This document shows, one piece after another, positions 38,225 through 48,502 of a stretch of 64,000 bases of DNA (within the stretch, counting starts at the first letter, position 1; every line of letters begins with the position of its first letter). The DNA lies in contig NZ_OZ242338.1 of NCBI RefSeq assembly GCF_965208475.1, positions 978,782-1,042,781 of the forward strand, in the 5' to 3' direction. This stretch comes from Candidatus Poriferisocius sp. GTDB taxonomy: Bacteria > Actinomycetota > Acidimicrobiia > Acidimicrobiales > Bin134. Below the pieces are notes generated by a model. It searched no databases, was not told the DNA's origin, and saw only the letters and a list, made by a program, of their open reading frames with translations. The position numbers and the translations under genes are program-made.

Positions 38225-41200
38225 TCACGCTCTTTTGGAGACCTCCGTGCTGTCGTCGTCGACCGCAGCCCACAGGCGGTCGTAGGCGCTGCCGGTCCCG
38301 ACCAGCTCGTCCGGTGGGCCGATCTCGACCACCCGGCCAGCCTCGAGCACGATCGCGAGGTCGGAGTGCTGGGCCACGTTTTGGCGGTGGGTGACGGTGA
38401 GGGTGGTGACTCCCAAGGCTCTGATCGCCTCGAGGACCCGATCCTCCATCGGGCCGTCGAGACTGGACGTCGCCTCGTCGAGCACCAAGATGTCGGGCCG
38501 GGCGAGCCACACCCGCGCCAGCGCCACGAGTTGGCGTTGGGCGGCGGTGAGGTTGCGGGCCTCCTCGTCGACGGTGTGCTCGTAGCCGCCGTCGAGGCCG
38601 GTGAGCACGTCGTGGGCGCCGATGGCGCGCACCGCCCGGTCGATCTCATCGAGCGAGGCGTCGGGTCGCGAGTACGCGATGTTGGAGCCGATGGTGCCCT
38701 TGAACAAGAACGCGTCCTGGGGGACGATTCCGAGCCTTTGCCGGTAGGAGCGCGATTCGTGGTCGGCGATATCGACGCCGCCGACGAGGACCCGGCCCGC
38801 AGTCGGGTCGTAGATCCGGGCGAGCAGCTTGGTGATCGACGACTTTCCTGCGCCGGTGAACCCCACAAGGCAGGTCACCGCGCCCGACCGGAGCGTGAAC
38901 GAGATGTCGTCGAGAACGGGACGGGCGGTGTGCGGGTAGGCGAAGGCGACCGCCTCGAAGGCCACGTCGCCATCGAGAGGCCCCGCCTGGGCCGCGCCGA
39001 CCCGCTCGACCGGCAGGATCGGCGTGTCGAACGGCTCTGCGAGGCGGTGCCAGGAGACTCGGGCCTCGAGCAGCTCGGTGTAGATCGAGCTCATGTACGA
39101 CAGGGGCTGAAGGGCCTGCTGGGCCACGAGCCGAGCCGACAGGGCGGTGCCCACCGCGACCGTGCCGGCGAGCACCTCGTGGCCCGCGCCCCACAGGATG
39201 AGCGCCCCGCCCACGTGGGTGATGAACGCCACGAGCTCCGAGTACAGGTTGGCGATCGAGGTCGCCCACCTCCGGCTCTGGCGCAGCTCCCAGGCATCCT
39301 CGACGAACCGGCGATTCGCCTTGTCGATTGCCCCGCAACCCCGCAGCTCGCTGCGCCCGGCGAAGTGCTCCTCGAAGGTGGCAACGGTGCGGCCGAGGTC
39401 GTCGCGCGCCCGATTGAAGGCGCGCATGCCCAGGTAGAGCTGGGCGGCGGTAAGGGCGAGGATCACCGCGATCAGGCCGATGATCGTGGGGGTCAGTTGC
39501 GGGACGAGGACGATCACCACCACAGCTCCCACGGCGAAGCGGCCCAGGCTCGAGATGAATCGGAACAGCTTCTCGCCCACGAATCCGAGGATTGTGTCGA
39601 GGTCGTTGACCACCCGGGTGGCCACCTCGCCCGGCAGCTCGCGGTCGTAGAAGTCGATGCCGAGGTTGGTGAGCCGACAGAAGATGCGACGGCGCAGCAG
39701 GTAGCCGATCGATTGGGCGATCTTCATCGACAGGATCCTCACGAAGTAGCCGCTGACGGCGAAGCCGACCCCGACGGCGACCACTGCGAGCCCGATCCCG
39801 TAGATGGCGCTCGTCTCGCCGTCCACGGCCGACTCGGTGGCCTGGGCGAAGAGAATCTCGGGACCGAGCCCGGCCAGGGAGTTCACCACCAGCAAAATGA
39901 GCACGGCGAAGAGGGTGAACAGGGTGATTCCCGCCAGCCACCGCACCCGGGGCATGGCGTCGACCTGGCATTCGGCGTCGGAGACAATGGGTGCCTCCTC
40001 GCTCACCTCAAGCGAGTGCACGACGTCCATCAGCTCGGACGCAACCTCGCGGTCGCCCTGTTGCCCGGGGGCCGCAATGGGGGCGGGCGGGGCCGTCGCG
40101 CCGGGTCGGCCGAGCTGCACCACGGTGTCGGCCATCGATGCGGGGCCGGGGCGCCGGGTGATCGCCACGATCGCAGCCTCGGGCAGGAACTCGGCCACCC
40201 GGCGGATGATCTCCATCTCGTGGGAGGGGTTGACGGCCGACAGGGCGTCGTCGAGCACGATCACCCGGGGTCGGGCCACCAGCGCTCGGGCGAGGGCCAG
40301 TCGCTGGCGCTGCCCGCCCGATAGCGTGAGGCCCCGGTCGCCCACATGGGTGCTCAGCCCGTCGGGCATCCCGGCTACGATGTCGTCGGCACCCGCCGCG
40401 TAGACCGCGGCGTTGATCTCGTCGTCGGAAACCATCCACACCGCCCCGAGGTCGAGGTTCTGGCGAAGCGATCCAGAGAACAGCACCGGATCCTCGGAGA
40501 CGATGCGCACCATCGTGCGAATGGTGGTGACGTCGAGCTCGCCCAGCGGCCGTCCGTCGAGCAGCACCTCTCCGCTCGTCGGTTCGACCAGACCTCCGAC
40601 CAAGCCGGCCAGTGTGGTTTTACCGGAGCCGGGCGGCCCGTTCACCACCACGATCTGGCCCGGACGAGCCACAAACGACATGCGGTCGATCACCGGGGTG
40701 CAGCCAAAGGAGACTCCTGCGTCGCGAAGCTCGATCGACTCGAAACGGCTGGCGGCGGGCCGGCCCTCGGTGGGTCGGGCGCCCAGCGAGAGCACCTCGG
40801 CTAGCCGACTCTGGGCGGTGCGCAAGAACTGCCAGGAGCTGGCCAGCTCATCGAGCAACTGGGCGATGGCGATGACGTATCCCGCGACCTGGAAGGTGAC
40901 GAGGAACACTCCCACCGACAGCTGATCCGCGGCGATGAGCTGCGCGCCAGCCACCAGTACAAGCGCGTTGACGAGGAGGGGAACGGCCTTGAGCAGAATG
41001 TCGTAGCGGGCCAGCAGCCGGACCCGGGTCATCGAGTAGCGGTAGGCCCGCAAAGCCGTGGCCCCCAGCCGCTCCCGTTCGTGCTCCTCGCGCCCGAACG
41101 CCCGCATGACCCGCACCCCGCGGACGGGCTCGTCGATGGCGGAGGCAACCTCGGCTCGCTCGTTCAGCTCTGCCCAGCTCAACCCCCACAGGCGCACCCG

Positions 41201-41770
41201 GAACTTGGAGAGGACCCACAGGTTGAAGGGAAGCGCCAGCGACGCGATCACCGCCAGCGGGGGGCTGAGATACGCGAGGTATACGAGCAGGGCGATTGTG
41301 GCTGGCGCGAGCGTCACGATGGAGGGGAGGAACTGGATGATGCGCTGCACCATCTTGAGGTCGGTCATCGACCGGGTGACCAGCTGCCCGGTGGCCATCT
41401 GCTTGGGCATGCGGAGGTCGGCCCACTGCACCCGGGTGTAGAGCCAGGCCCGCAGGTCGTACTCCAGCTGATAGCCGATCCGGGCTGTCATCTGGCGGCT
41501 GGCAAAGCCCACTATGAAGGCCAGCAGGGCCAGCTTGGCAATGTGTGCCACATAGGGCCCGATGGGGGCGGCCTGGTCGACGATGCCGTTGTCCACCAGT
41601 TTCACCACCGCCTGGGCGATCATGAGGGTCAAGATGCTGTGCAGGACTATCAAGGCGAGCACGGCGCGCACCGGGCCCCTCTGGCGCGACAGAAGCATCC
41701 ACACCAGCGACCGGCGCGCCGCTGTGGCGGTGGTGGCCGCTCGCTCCCGCATCGACTCGAGCCTGGTCAT
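38225..41770 (-). CDS. Full-length (TMD-NBD-TMD-NBD) ABC exporter in one polypeptide
   Basis: 1181 aa. NBD1: GPPGSGKT, LSGGQRQR, VIVLDDA. NBD2: GFTGAGKS, LTAAQRQL, ILVLDEATS, VTHR. Each NBD is preceded by six TM helices. Same architecture as M. tuberculosis Rv0194. Confidence 0.88.
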   Translation of the reverse strand: MTRLESMRERAATTATAARRSLVWMLLSRQRGPVRAVLALIVLHSILTLMIAQAVVKLVDNGIVDQAAPIGPYVAHIAKLALLAFIVGFASRQMTARIGYQLEYDLRAWLYTRVQWADLRMPKQMATGQLVTRSMTDLKMVQRIIQFLPSIVTLAPATIALLVYLAYLSPPLAVIASLALPFNLWVLSKFRVRLWGLSWAELNERAEVASAIDEPVRGVRVMRAFGREEHERERLGATALRAYRYSMTRVRLLARYDILLKAVPLLVNALVLVAGAQLIAADQLSVGVFLVTFQVAGYVIAIAQLLDELASSWQFLRTAQSRLAEVLSLGARPTEGRPAASRFESIELRDAGVSFGCTPVIDRMSFVARPGQIVVVNGPPGSGKTTLAGLVGGLVEPTSGEVLLDGRPLGELDVTTIRTMVRIVSEDPVLFSGSLRQNLDLGAVWMVSDDEINAAVYAAGADDIVAGMPDGLSTHVGDRGLTLSGGQRQRLALARALVARPRVIVLDDALSAVNPSHEMEIIRRVAEFLPEAAIVAITRRPGPASMADTVVQLGRPGATAPPAPIAAPGQQGDREVASELMDVVHSLEVSEEAPIVSDAECQVDAMPRVRWLAGITLFTLFAVLILLVVNSLAGLGPEILFAQATESAVDGETSAIYGIGLAVVAVGVGFAVSGYFVRILSMKIAQSIGYLLRRRIFCRLTNLGIDFYDRELPGEVATRVVNDLDTILGFVGEKLFRFISSLGRFAVGAVVVIVLVPQLTPTIIGLIAVILALTAAQLYLGMRAFNRARDDLGRTVATFEEHFAGRSELRGCGAIDKANRRFVEDAWELRQSRRWATSIANLYSELVAFITHVGGALILWGAGHEVLAGTVAVGTALSARLVAQQALQPLSYMSSIYTELLEARVSWHRLAEPFDTPILPVERVGAAQAGPLDGDVAFEAVAFAYPHTARPVLDDISFTLRSGAVTCLVGFTGAGKSSITKLLARIYDPTAGRVLVGGVDIADHESRSYRQRLGIVPQDAFLFKGTIGSNIAYSRPDASLDEIDRAVRAIGAHDVLTGLDGGYEHTVDEEARNLTAAQRQLVALARVWLARPDILVLDEATSSLDGPMEDRVLEAIRALGVTTLTVTHRQNVAQHSDLAIVLEAGRVVEIGPPDELVGTGSAYDRLWAAVDDDSTEVSKRA

Positions 41771-42876
41771 GTCGCCCTGCTGGGGTCGGGATCATGCCCC
41801 TCGATCACCCCGCCGGATCGCTTGATGGCAGATCGCTCGATGGCAGAGCGAGACCCACCGAGGTAGGAGGCGATCACCGCGGGATCCTCAAGAACCTCGC
41901 CCACGACGCCGTCAGCCACCTTGGCGCCGAGATTGAGGGCCACCATCCGATCGCAGATCGACGCCAGCACAGCCATGTCGTGATCGATCACGAGGAGACT
42001 CGCGCCGGTGTCGTCGCGGATCTGCTCCAACATCGGCCCGAGTGCCTCCGCCTCACGCTGGGCGATACCCGAGGAGGGCTCGTCGAAGAGGATCACCCGG
42101 GGCGCGCCCACTGATTGACACGCCAGATCGACGATCCGCCGGGTTCCGGTGGACAGCTCAGACACGAACTTCTCCCGGTAGGCGTCGAGCCCGAGCACCC
42201 CGATCAGCTCGTCGACCTGGTGCTGGAGGCGGTTCTCGGCCCTGCGGACTTCGGGGAATCCGAGAGCGGCGGCTACCGGATCGCGGGAGGCCATGGTCTG
42301 GTCGAGGGCCACTTTCAACACATCCTCCACGGTGAGCGATCCAAAAAGCCGGGAGTCCTGGAACGAGTGCCTGAGCCCCAGTAGAGCCCGACGATGGGGC
42401 GAGAGGGGGGTTATGTCGCGCCCATCGAGCAGCACCCTTCCCTCGTCGGGGGTCTGGAGGCCCGAGATCAGCTCGAACACCGTGGTCTTCCCCGCGCCGT
42501 TCGGCCCGATGAGGCCGACTATCTCTCCCTCGCCCACTCGGAGCGAGACCCGATCCACCGCACAGTTTCTGGCGAACGACTTGGACAGTCCCTCGATTTC
42601 GAGCCGCGGCGCGGTGGTGGCCCCGGTGGCGGCGCCCTCCGGCCGTCGCCGCTGCGACGCGTCTGCCGCGGCCCCGCCCAAGAACACCGACCGGAGGACG
42701 TCGTCGCGCTCCAGCAGGTCGCTCGTGGGTCCCCGGAAGCGGACTTCGCCCTTCTCCATGAAGAACGCGGTTTCCGCGATTGCCAGCGCCACGTTCACGG
42801 ATTGCTCGACCACCACGATCGTGACTCCGTCGTCGTTCAAGGCACGCACCACGTCGAGGAGTTGCTCCACCACTAC
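41767..42876 (-). CDS. C-terminal part of the fused branched-chain-type ABC importer: end of the LivF-like NBD plus a complete LivG-like NBD
   Basis: From VVVEQLLDVVRALNDDGVTIVVVEQS onward the 436-aa ORF is protein-like. The second NBD has GPNGAGKTT, LSTGTRR and ILFDEPSSG. The stop overlaps the exporter start (ATGA). Confidence 0.75.
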   Translation of the reverse strand, partial: VVVEQLLDVVRALNDDGVTIVVVEQSVNVALAIAETAFFMEKGEVRFRGPTSDLLERDDVLRSVFLGGAAADASQRRRPEGAATGATTAPRLEIEGLSKSFARNCAVDRVSLRVGEGEIVGLIGPNGAGKTTVFELISGLQTPDEGRVLLDGRDITPLSPHRRALLGLRHSFQDSRLFGSLTVEDVLKVALDQTMASRDPVAAALGFPEVRRAENRLQHQVDELIGVLGLDAYREKFVSELSTGTRRIVDLACQSVGAPRVILFDEPSSGIAQREAEALGPMLEQIRDDTGASLLVIDHDMAVLASICDRMVALNLGAKVADGVVGEVLEDPAVIASYLGGSRSAIERSAIKRSGGVIEGHDPDPSRAT

Positions 42877-45617
42877 GGGGCAAGGCCCAGCGACAGCTCG
42901 TCGATGAGGAGGATCCGGGGCTTGGCCATGAGCGCCATCGCCACGCCGAGCATGTGCTGCTGGCCGCCGGACAGGTTCGCGGCGGGCTCGTTCAGCTTCT
43001 CCCCGAGGCCCGGGAACACTTCGAGCACTCGGGCGGTCTCCCGCTCCATGTGCTGCTTGTCGCGGCGGTGCAGCCATCCGCCCAGGTCGATGTTCTCGGC
43101 GACGGTGAGGGAACCGAACACGCCCCTGCCGCCGGGCATGTGGGCGATCCCCAGCGCGGCGATCCGGTGCGGCGCCATCGTGGTGATGTCGGCCCCCTCG
43201 AACGACACCGACCCGCCGTCTGCTGTCGAAAGCCCGGAGACGGCCCGCAGCACGGTGGATTTTCCCGCGCCGTTGGTTCCCAGCAGCGCCACGAAGTCGC
43301 CTTCAGCAACCTCGATGCTGACGCTGAACAACACCTGCACCGGCCCGTACGACACGTCGATCGACCGCACGCTCAACAGCGAGCCGTCGTGATCGTCGCC
43401 GATGAGGATGTCGGGGAACGAGAAGTAGTCGGTGGGCGGGGCCTGCCTGCTCGGCAGATAGCAGAACACGCCCTCCGCGTCGCGTCGAGGCGACCTCGAC
43501 ACGGCAACCGGCGCCGAGTACCCGAGCCCGGCGGTCTCGCCGTGGTCGTCGATGCGCTGGTCGGCGAAGATATTGGGAACCGGGATCTGGCGGCGGAAGG
43601 CCACGATGGCCAGCAAACGCCGACGGACCTCGTACAGCAGCCCGCCGAGTCCCCCGCGCAGGAACATCAACACCACCAGCAGGCCGACGCCACTGCTGGC
43701 GAACAGCCACAGCGGCCGGATATCGGCAGGGATGTCGTCGCTGAAGAACTCGGTGCCCTGGAGGAACACCGCGCCGAGGATCGCGCCCGGCACCGACCCG
43801 AGACCGCCGATGACCACCATCGTGAGGATCCGGATGCTCTCAGCGGGAGAGAACGAGCCCTGGCCGAGCGCCTGCTGGTGCAGCGTGAACAGCCCCCCGG
43901 CCAAAGAGGCGTAGAAACCTGAGATGGCAAACGCCATCAGCTTGGTCCGGGTCAGGTTCACGCCGAACGCCTGGGCGTTGTCCTCGTTGTCGCGGGCCGC
44001 CCGGAGGACCCGCGCTGTGCGGGTTGCCTCTAGGCGCCCCACGGTCCAGATCACGGCAAGGAGCGCGGCGAGGCACACGTAGTAGAAGGCGTGTTCGCTC
44101 GACACGTCTATCTGCCCCAAAAGAGGCAGCCGGGTGACCCGTTCGCCGATGTTGTCGGGAAGGAACGTGAACCGGTCTTCGTCGAGGAGGAACGACGCGG
44201 TCGCGACCGAGAAGGCGAGTGTGGTCACCGCGAGGAAGAGCCCGCGGATGCGCAGGGCCGGCAGCCCGACGATCACCGACGCGACCGCCCCGACGACCCC
44301 GGCCAGCAGCAGAGTGAGGGTGAGGTCCCACTGGTAGTGCACGTTCACCACCGCCGCGGTGGCTGCGCCGATGGCGGTGAAGCCCATATGGCCGAGGCTG
44401 ATCTCTCCGGACCAGCCGGTGAGGATCACCATGCTCACGGCGATGACCCCGTAGATCATGACTGCCGAAGCGAAGTTGGTGTCGGTGTCGCCGAGCGCGG
44501 TCGGCAGCCACAACAAGACGAGGATCAGCGCCAGCTTGGCCAGCCATCCACCCCAAAACACCTCTGGGAGAGAGGCCAACTTGCGGGGGACTTTCTTCAC
44601 CGACGCGGTCTCCACCTGCGATCCCTCGGCCTGGGCTTCGGCTCGGCCGCGGACCCGCCGCTGGAACAAGAGCACCACGACGACAATCACGAACAGTGCC
44701 GGGTCGATCAGCGCCGCGGTGTCCTCGTTCCAGATGATGGCCGTCTCCAGCACGCCGAGGAACGTGGCGCCGACGAACATCACCGAGTAGTTCTCCATCC
44801 GCCCCATCACTGCCACGGCGAGCGCCCGCAGGAGGATCGCGGGTCCAAAGGCGGGGCCGAGTGGGAGTCCGAACATTCCCGCCCGCAGCACCATGGCCAC
44901 GGCGGCCAGCACCGCGGCGATGATCCACACTACGTTCTGGGTTCCCCGCACGTCGATGCCCACCAGCGAGGCGCGGTCTCGACTCTGGGCACTGGCTCTC
45001 ACCGCGGTGCCCACACCGGTCCGGTTGAGGAACGCAATGAGGCCGAAGATGGTGACGGGCACGATGATCATCGCCAGCAGGTCGTTGACCGTGAAGACAA
45101 TCGGATCGATCTCGAAAGTGAAGTCGATTGGCGGGCTGAATCTCGGGAAGCGCAGGAGCGCCAATCCGTCCTCGTCGCTGAATAGCGTCGGGATGTAGAA
45201 GCCGATGCCGAGCAGCATCTGGGCGAGGCCGATCGTGGCGACGCTGAGGATGATGCGCGGCGCCTTCCAGAACCTGCGGATCACTAGGAACTCCACCGCC
45301 GAGCCCAGTGCCATGGCGACCGCGATCGTGATCGGGAGCACCACGAAGTACGGCCAGTCCCAGTCCCTCAGCAGCGACAGGCCAACCGTGGCCGGCACCA
45401 CTCCCAGGTCGGCCTGGGCGAAGTTGATGATTCCGTTCGTCTTATAGACAAGCGACAGGCCGAACGCCAACAGCGCGGTGAGCGAGCCGACCACCACGCC
45501 CTGAACGATCACGCCCGGCGGCGTGGGCCAGATGAACTGGAGCGCGCCGAGCGCAGCGCCCCAGATCACCGCCTGGCGCCCGTGGCGAACAAGAGCGAGC
45601 GAGCTCAGCTGGCTCAC
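42873..45617 (-). CDS. N-terminal part of the fused importer: LivH-like permease, LivM-like permease and most of a LivF-like NBD
   Basis: 914 aa with about 18 TM segments in two permease blocks, then GTNGAGKST, LSGGQQHML and LLIDELSLGLAP immediately before the stop. The reading frame continues in ORF 41767-43077 after a 1-nt shift. Confidence 0.8.
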   Translation of the reverse strand: MSQLSSLALVRHGRQAVIWGAALGALQFIWPTPPGVIVQGVVVGSLTALLAFGLSLVYKTNGIINFAQADLGVVPATVGLSLLRDWDWPYFVVLPITIAVAMALGSAVEFLVIRRFWKAPRIILSVATIGLAQMLLGIGFYIPTLFSDEDGLALLRFPRFSPPIDFTFEIDPIVFTVNDLLAMIIVPVTIFGLIAFLNRTGVGTAVRASAQSRDRASLVGIDVRGTQNVVWIIAAVLAAVAMVLRAGMFGLPLGPAFGPAILLRALAVAVMGRMENYSVMFVGATFLGVLETAIIWNEDTAALIDPALFVIVVVVLLFQRRVRGRAEAQAEGSQVETASVKKVPRKLASLPEVFWGGWLAKLALILVLLWLPTALGDTDTNFASAVMIYGVIAVSMVILTGWSGEISLGHMGFTAIGAATAAVVNVHYQWDLTLTLLLAGVVGAVASVIVGLPALRIRGLFLAVTTLAFSVATASFLLDEDRFTFLPDNIGERVTRLPLLGQIDVSSEHAFYYVCLAALLAVIWTVGRLEATRTARVLRAARDNEDNAQAFGVNLTRTKLMAFAISGFYASLAGGLFTLHQQALGQGSFSPAESIRILTMVVIGGLGSVPGAILGAVFLQGTEFFSDDIPADIRPLWLFASSGVGLLVVLMFLRGGLGGLLYEVRRRLLAIVAFRRQIPVPNIFADQRIDDHGETAGLGYSAPVAVSRSPRRDAEGVFCYLPSRQAPPTDYFSFPDILIGDDHDGSLLSVRSIDVSYGPVQVLFSVSIEVAEGDFVALLGTNGAGKSTVLRAVSGLSTADGGSVSFEGADITTMAPHRIAALGIAHMPGGRGVFGSLTVAENIDLGGWLHRRDKQHMERETARVLEVFPGLGEKLNEPAANLSGGQQHMLGVAMALMAKPRILLIDELSLGLAP

Positions 45618-45669
45618 AGACGCACTCGAAACGCTCGGCGGCGCGCATGGCGAACAGGAGTGTGCGAGC

Positions 45670-46218
45670 TCAACAGAACTCCTCCCGGCGCTCTTGGCAC
45701 TCGTCGTTTTCCGGCTCGCCGCGAATGGCGAGGACGCATCCGCGGGAGGTGATCGCGCCGTCCTCGCTCACGCCGAAATCGGCTTCTTTCCAGTCCGAAC
45801 GGTCGCGGGCGTGCTCGTCCACCGAGAAGAAGTCAGCCCCCGCGGGATCCTCGGTAAACCAGGTGAGGATGTCGCCGTCGAAGTCGTCGTCCTTGTCGGC
45901 GGGAAGCAGCTCGGCGCTTACGAAGAACTCGCCGTCGGCCCGCTCGTGGGCGCGACCGTGGCGCAGCATCCCGTCCTCGGTAAGGCCCGCGTCCAGCGTC
46001 TCCATGGTGGCGATGAGCGCGACGTCGCATCCCGAGGAGTCGATCGATGGCCCTGCGCATGCGGCGAGGATTGGGGCGGCCAGGGCGACGATCACCGCAA
46101 GGCCGGCGCTCTGGCGCCCAGCGGGAATGGTCGTGGTCGCTTTGGGTGGGCTTGCCGCTGCCTCGGTCATCTCTGCCCGCTCCGATCTCGATGCGTACCG
46201 GGACAGATGCCGCCGCAC
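45670..46218 (-). CDS. Lipoprotein of unknown function
   Basis: LAVIVALAAPILAACAG lipobox. Acidic mature part with 4 Cys. Start uncertain (internal ATG at 46170). Confidence 0.55.
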   Translation of the reverse strand: MRRHLSRYASRSERAEMTEAAASPPKATTTIPAGRQSAGLAVIVALAAPILAACAGPSIDSSGCDVALIATMETLDAGLTEDGMLRHGRAHERADGEFFVSAELLPADKDDDFDGDILTWFTEDPAGADFFSVDEHARDRSDWKEADFGVSEDGAITSRGCVLAIRGEPENDECQERREEFC

Positions 46219-46316
46219 CGGTGCGCCACCCTGTTGTGCAGGGCTATGAGCCGTACTCAGACGTAAACATTACGTCGTCGCGGGCGGCGCCCCGTTGGAC
46301 GCCAACGAGATTTGGG

Positions 46317-47732
46317 CTAGGAGTCGGGAGAGTCGTCGGTGCCGAGTTCGTCGGCGATCTCACGCAGACGCTCGACGGCGGTCTCGTCGTCTAACTCCCC
46401 GAGATAGGCGGGGAGCTTGATCCCCACCTGGGCGGCTAGATCGTGGATGGGGGGCAGGGAGCCGGCTAGGCCGGACAGGAAGTTGGCGGTGCTGTTGCCG
46501 GAATTGCCGTCGCTGCCGCCGGAGTCCCACACCGTGATCTGGTCGATCTTCAGGTTGGAGATGGCCTTGACCTGCTCGGCCACCAGGGTCGGCATCTGCT
46601 CGGCGATCAGCAGCAAAGCAGCTAGCTGGGGATTGCCGCCGGCGTTGTCCACCAGCGCCCCAAGACCCTCGGCCCGTCGGGTGAGTAGGGCCAGCAAGCC
46701 CAGCGCCTCGGCCTCCATGAGCAGGCGCTGGCCGTCGGCTTCGCCGCCCTTGACAAGCCTGATGCGGTCGGCCTCGGCCTCGGCCAGGGTGCGGACCCGC
46801 TCCCTCTCCACCTCGGCGGGCACCACGATGTCGGCTTCCTGCGATGCCTTGTCACGAGAGGCCCTGGCCTGCTCGGCTTGGCCTTCGGCGGCAAACGACT
46901 CCTCAGCGGCTCGGGCCTGGGTGACCCGTTCGGCGGTGACCGCGGCCCGCTCGGCTTCGGCCTCCTGCTGGCGGCGCTCGCCGTCCGACTGGGCGATCAC
47001 CACCTGGGATTCGTTCTCCCCCTCGGTGGCGGTGGCATTGGCCTGGGCTACTTTGATGCGCCGCTCCCTCTGGGCCTCGGCCGCGCCGATGTCGCCGTCG
47101 CGCTCTTGCTCGGCCACCTTTATCTTGGCCTCGTTGATGGCACGGGCGGCCGCTTCCCGGCCCAGGGCATCGATGTAGCCCGACTCGTCGGTGATGTCCT
47201 GGATGTTGACGTTGATGAGCCGCAGGCCCACTTTGCGCAACTCGATCTCCAGCGACTCTGTGATGTTGGTGATCAGCTTCTCCCGATCGGCGTTGATCTC
47301 CTCGATGGGCATGGTGGCGATGACCACCCGCATCTGGCCGAAGATGATGTCCCGGGCCAGGTTCTCGATCTCAACCAGGCTCAGCCCCAATAACCGCTCG
47401 GCGGCGTTTTGCATCACACCGGGCTCGGTGGAGATGCCCACCGTGAAAGTGGCCGGCGTGTTGACCCGAATATTCTGCTGGGACAGGGCGCCTTGGAGCT
47501 TTATCTCGATGGGGATGGGGGTGAGGTCCAAAAAGGCATAGCCCTGGACAACGGGCCACACCAACGCGCCTCCGCCGTGGAGGCATCGGGCCGACTGACC
47601 CTCTCCGCCTATCCGACCGTAGATAACCAGCACGCGGTCGGATGGGCATCGCTTGTAGCGGGAGGAAACCCACAGCAAGGCGATGAGAAGAATGACAATT
47701 AGGCCGGCAACAAGGGCTATAGCAGCCATCAA
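46317..47732 (-). CDS. Flotillin-like SPFH/band-7 protein (YqiK/FloT type)
   Basis: N-terminal TM helix, an SPFH domain, and a long Ala/Glu/Arg repeat coiled coil (EAERAAVTAERVTQARAAEE...). Confidence 0.88.
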   Translation of the reverse strand: MMAAIALVAGLIVILLIALLWVSSRYKRCPSDRVLVIYGRIGGEGQSARCLHGGGALVWPVVQGYAFLDLTPIPIEIKLQGALSQQNIRVNTPATFTVGISTEPGVMQNAAERLLGLSLVEIENLARDIIFGQMRVVIATMPIEEINADREKLITNITESLEIELRKVGLRLINVNIQDITDESGYIDALGREAAARAINEAKIKVAEQERDGDIGAAEAQRERRIKVAQANATATEGENESQVVIAQSDGERRQQEAEAERAAVTAERVTQARAAEESFAAEGQAEQARASRDKASQEADIVVPAEVERERVRTLAEAEADRIRLVKGGEADGQRLLMEAEALGLLALLTRRAEGLGALVDNAGGNPQLAALLLIAEQMPTLVAEQVKAISNLKIDQITVWDSGGSDGNSGNSTANFLSGLAGSLPPIHDLAAQVGIKLPAYLGELDDETAVERLREIADELGTDDSPDS

Positions 47733-47762
47733 CGAGTCCTTTCGGGTTTATCCAGGTATGAG

Positions 47763-48317
47763 TTACAGGGGTTCGACGAGGACGGTGGACTGATCCACCA
47801 CAGAAATCACGGTGACACGGGTCTGAGCCGGGAGATCGCTGTCGGAGTCGGTGTAGGCATCGATCACTCGGAGCCGTCCTTGGATGAGGATTTCGACTTT
47901 GCCAGGCATGGAGCGGTTGGCCGGGATTGGGAGGTACACGGTGCCGACAATGCCGACCGCGCTCTGGTAGTCGACCGAGCCGCTCTCCTCCATCTGGGAG
48001 AACTTCCGCCACATGTAGGCCACGGCGAAGAAGACCGCCAGCCCCACTGCGATGGCCACGATCACCGAGACCTGGGTGGAGCTGTCCGCCTCCTTCATCA
48101 ATACGCCGGTCCAGCCGAAAGCGAAGAAGAACGCCGTTAGGCTCCGCAAGGACAAGAACCCCGTTCCCGCCCCCTCGTCGTCTAGGTCGATATCGAGGTC
48201 GGAACCGACGCCGAAGCCCAATAGGAGAAGCTGGAGAATGAGAAAGACGCCGGCGATGATGCCGATCAGATAGAACACCTGGAGGTCGCCGGTCAGACCT
48301 TCCCACCAGTCACCCAT
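47763..48317 (-). CDS. NfeD-family membrane protein (YqiJ-like flotillin partner)
   Basis: 3-4 TM helices followed by a C-terminal OB-like soluble domain (GKVEILIQGRLRVIDAY). Directly upstream of the flotillin gene. Confidence 0.7.
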   Translation of the reverse strand: MGDWWEGLTGDLQVFYLIGIIAGVFLILQLLLLGFGVGSDLDIDLDDEGAGTGFLSLRSLTAFFFAFGWTGVLMKEADSSTQVSVIVAIAVGLAVFFAVAYMWRKFSQMEESGSVDYQSAVGIVGTVYLPIPANRSMPGKVEILIQGRLRVIDAYTDSDSDLPAQTRVTVISVVDQSTVLVEPL

Positions 48318-48502
48318 CTGTCAGACCTTCCTAACTCGTCGTCCTGTGCGCACTCCGGCATGGGATATGCGCTTCGGGCCTACATGAGGGGCATCCTACC
48401 GGCGTTGCAGTGGATTTACCCCTGCCCCTCCCCCAAAGCCTCTTGCAGGGCAAATGGGCTTTGAATGACCGAATGCCGTGTTCGGCGTGGCAAAGTCTCC
48501 CC

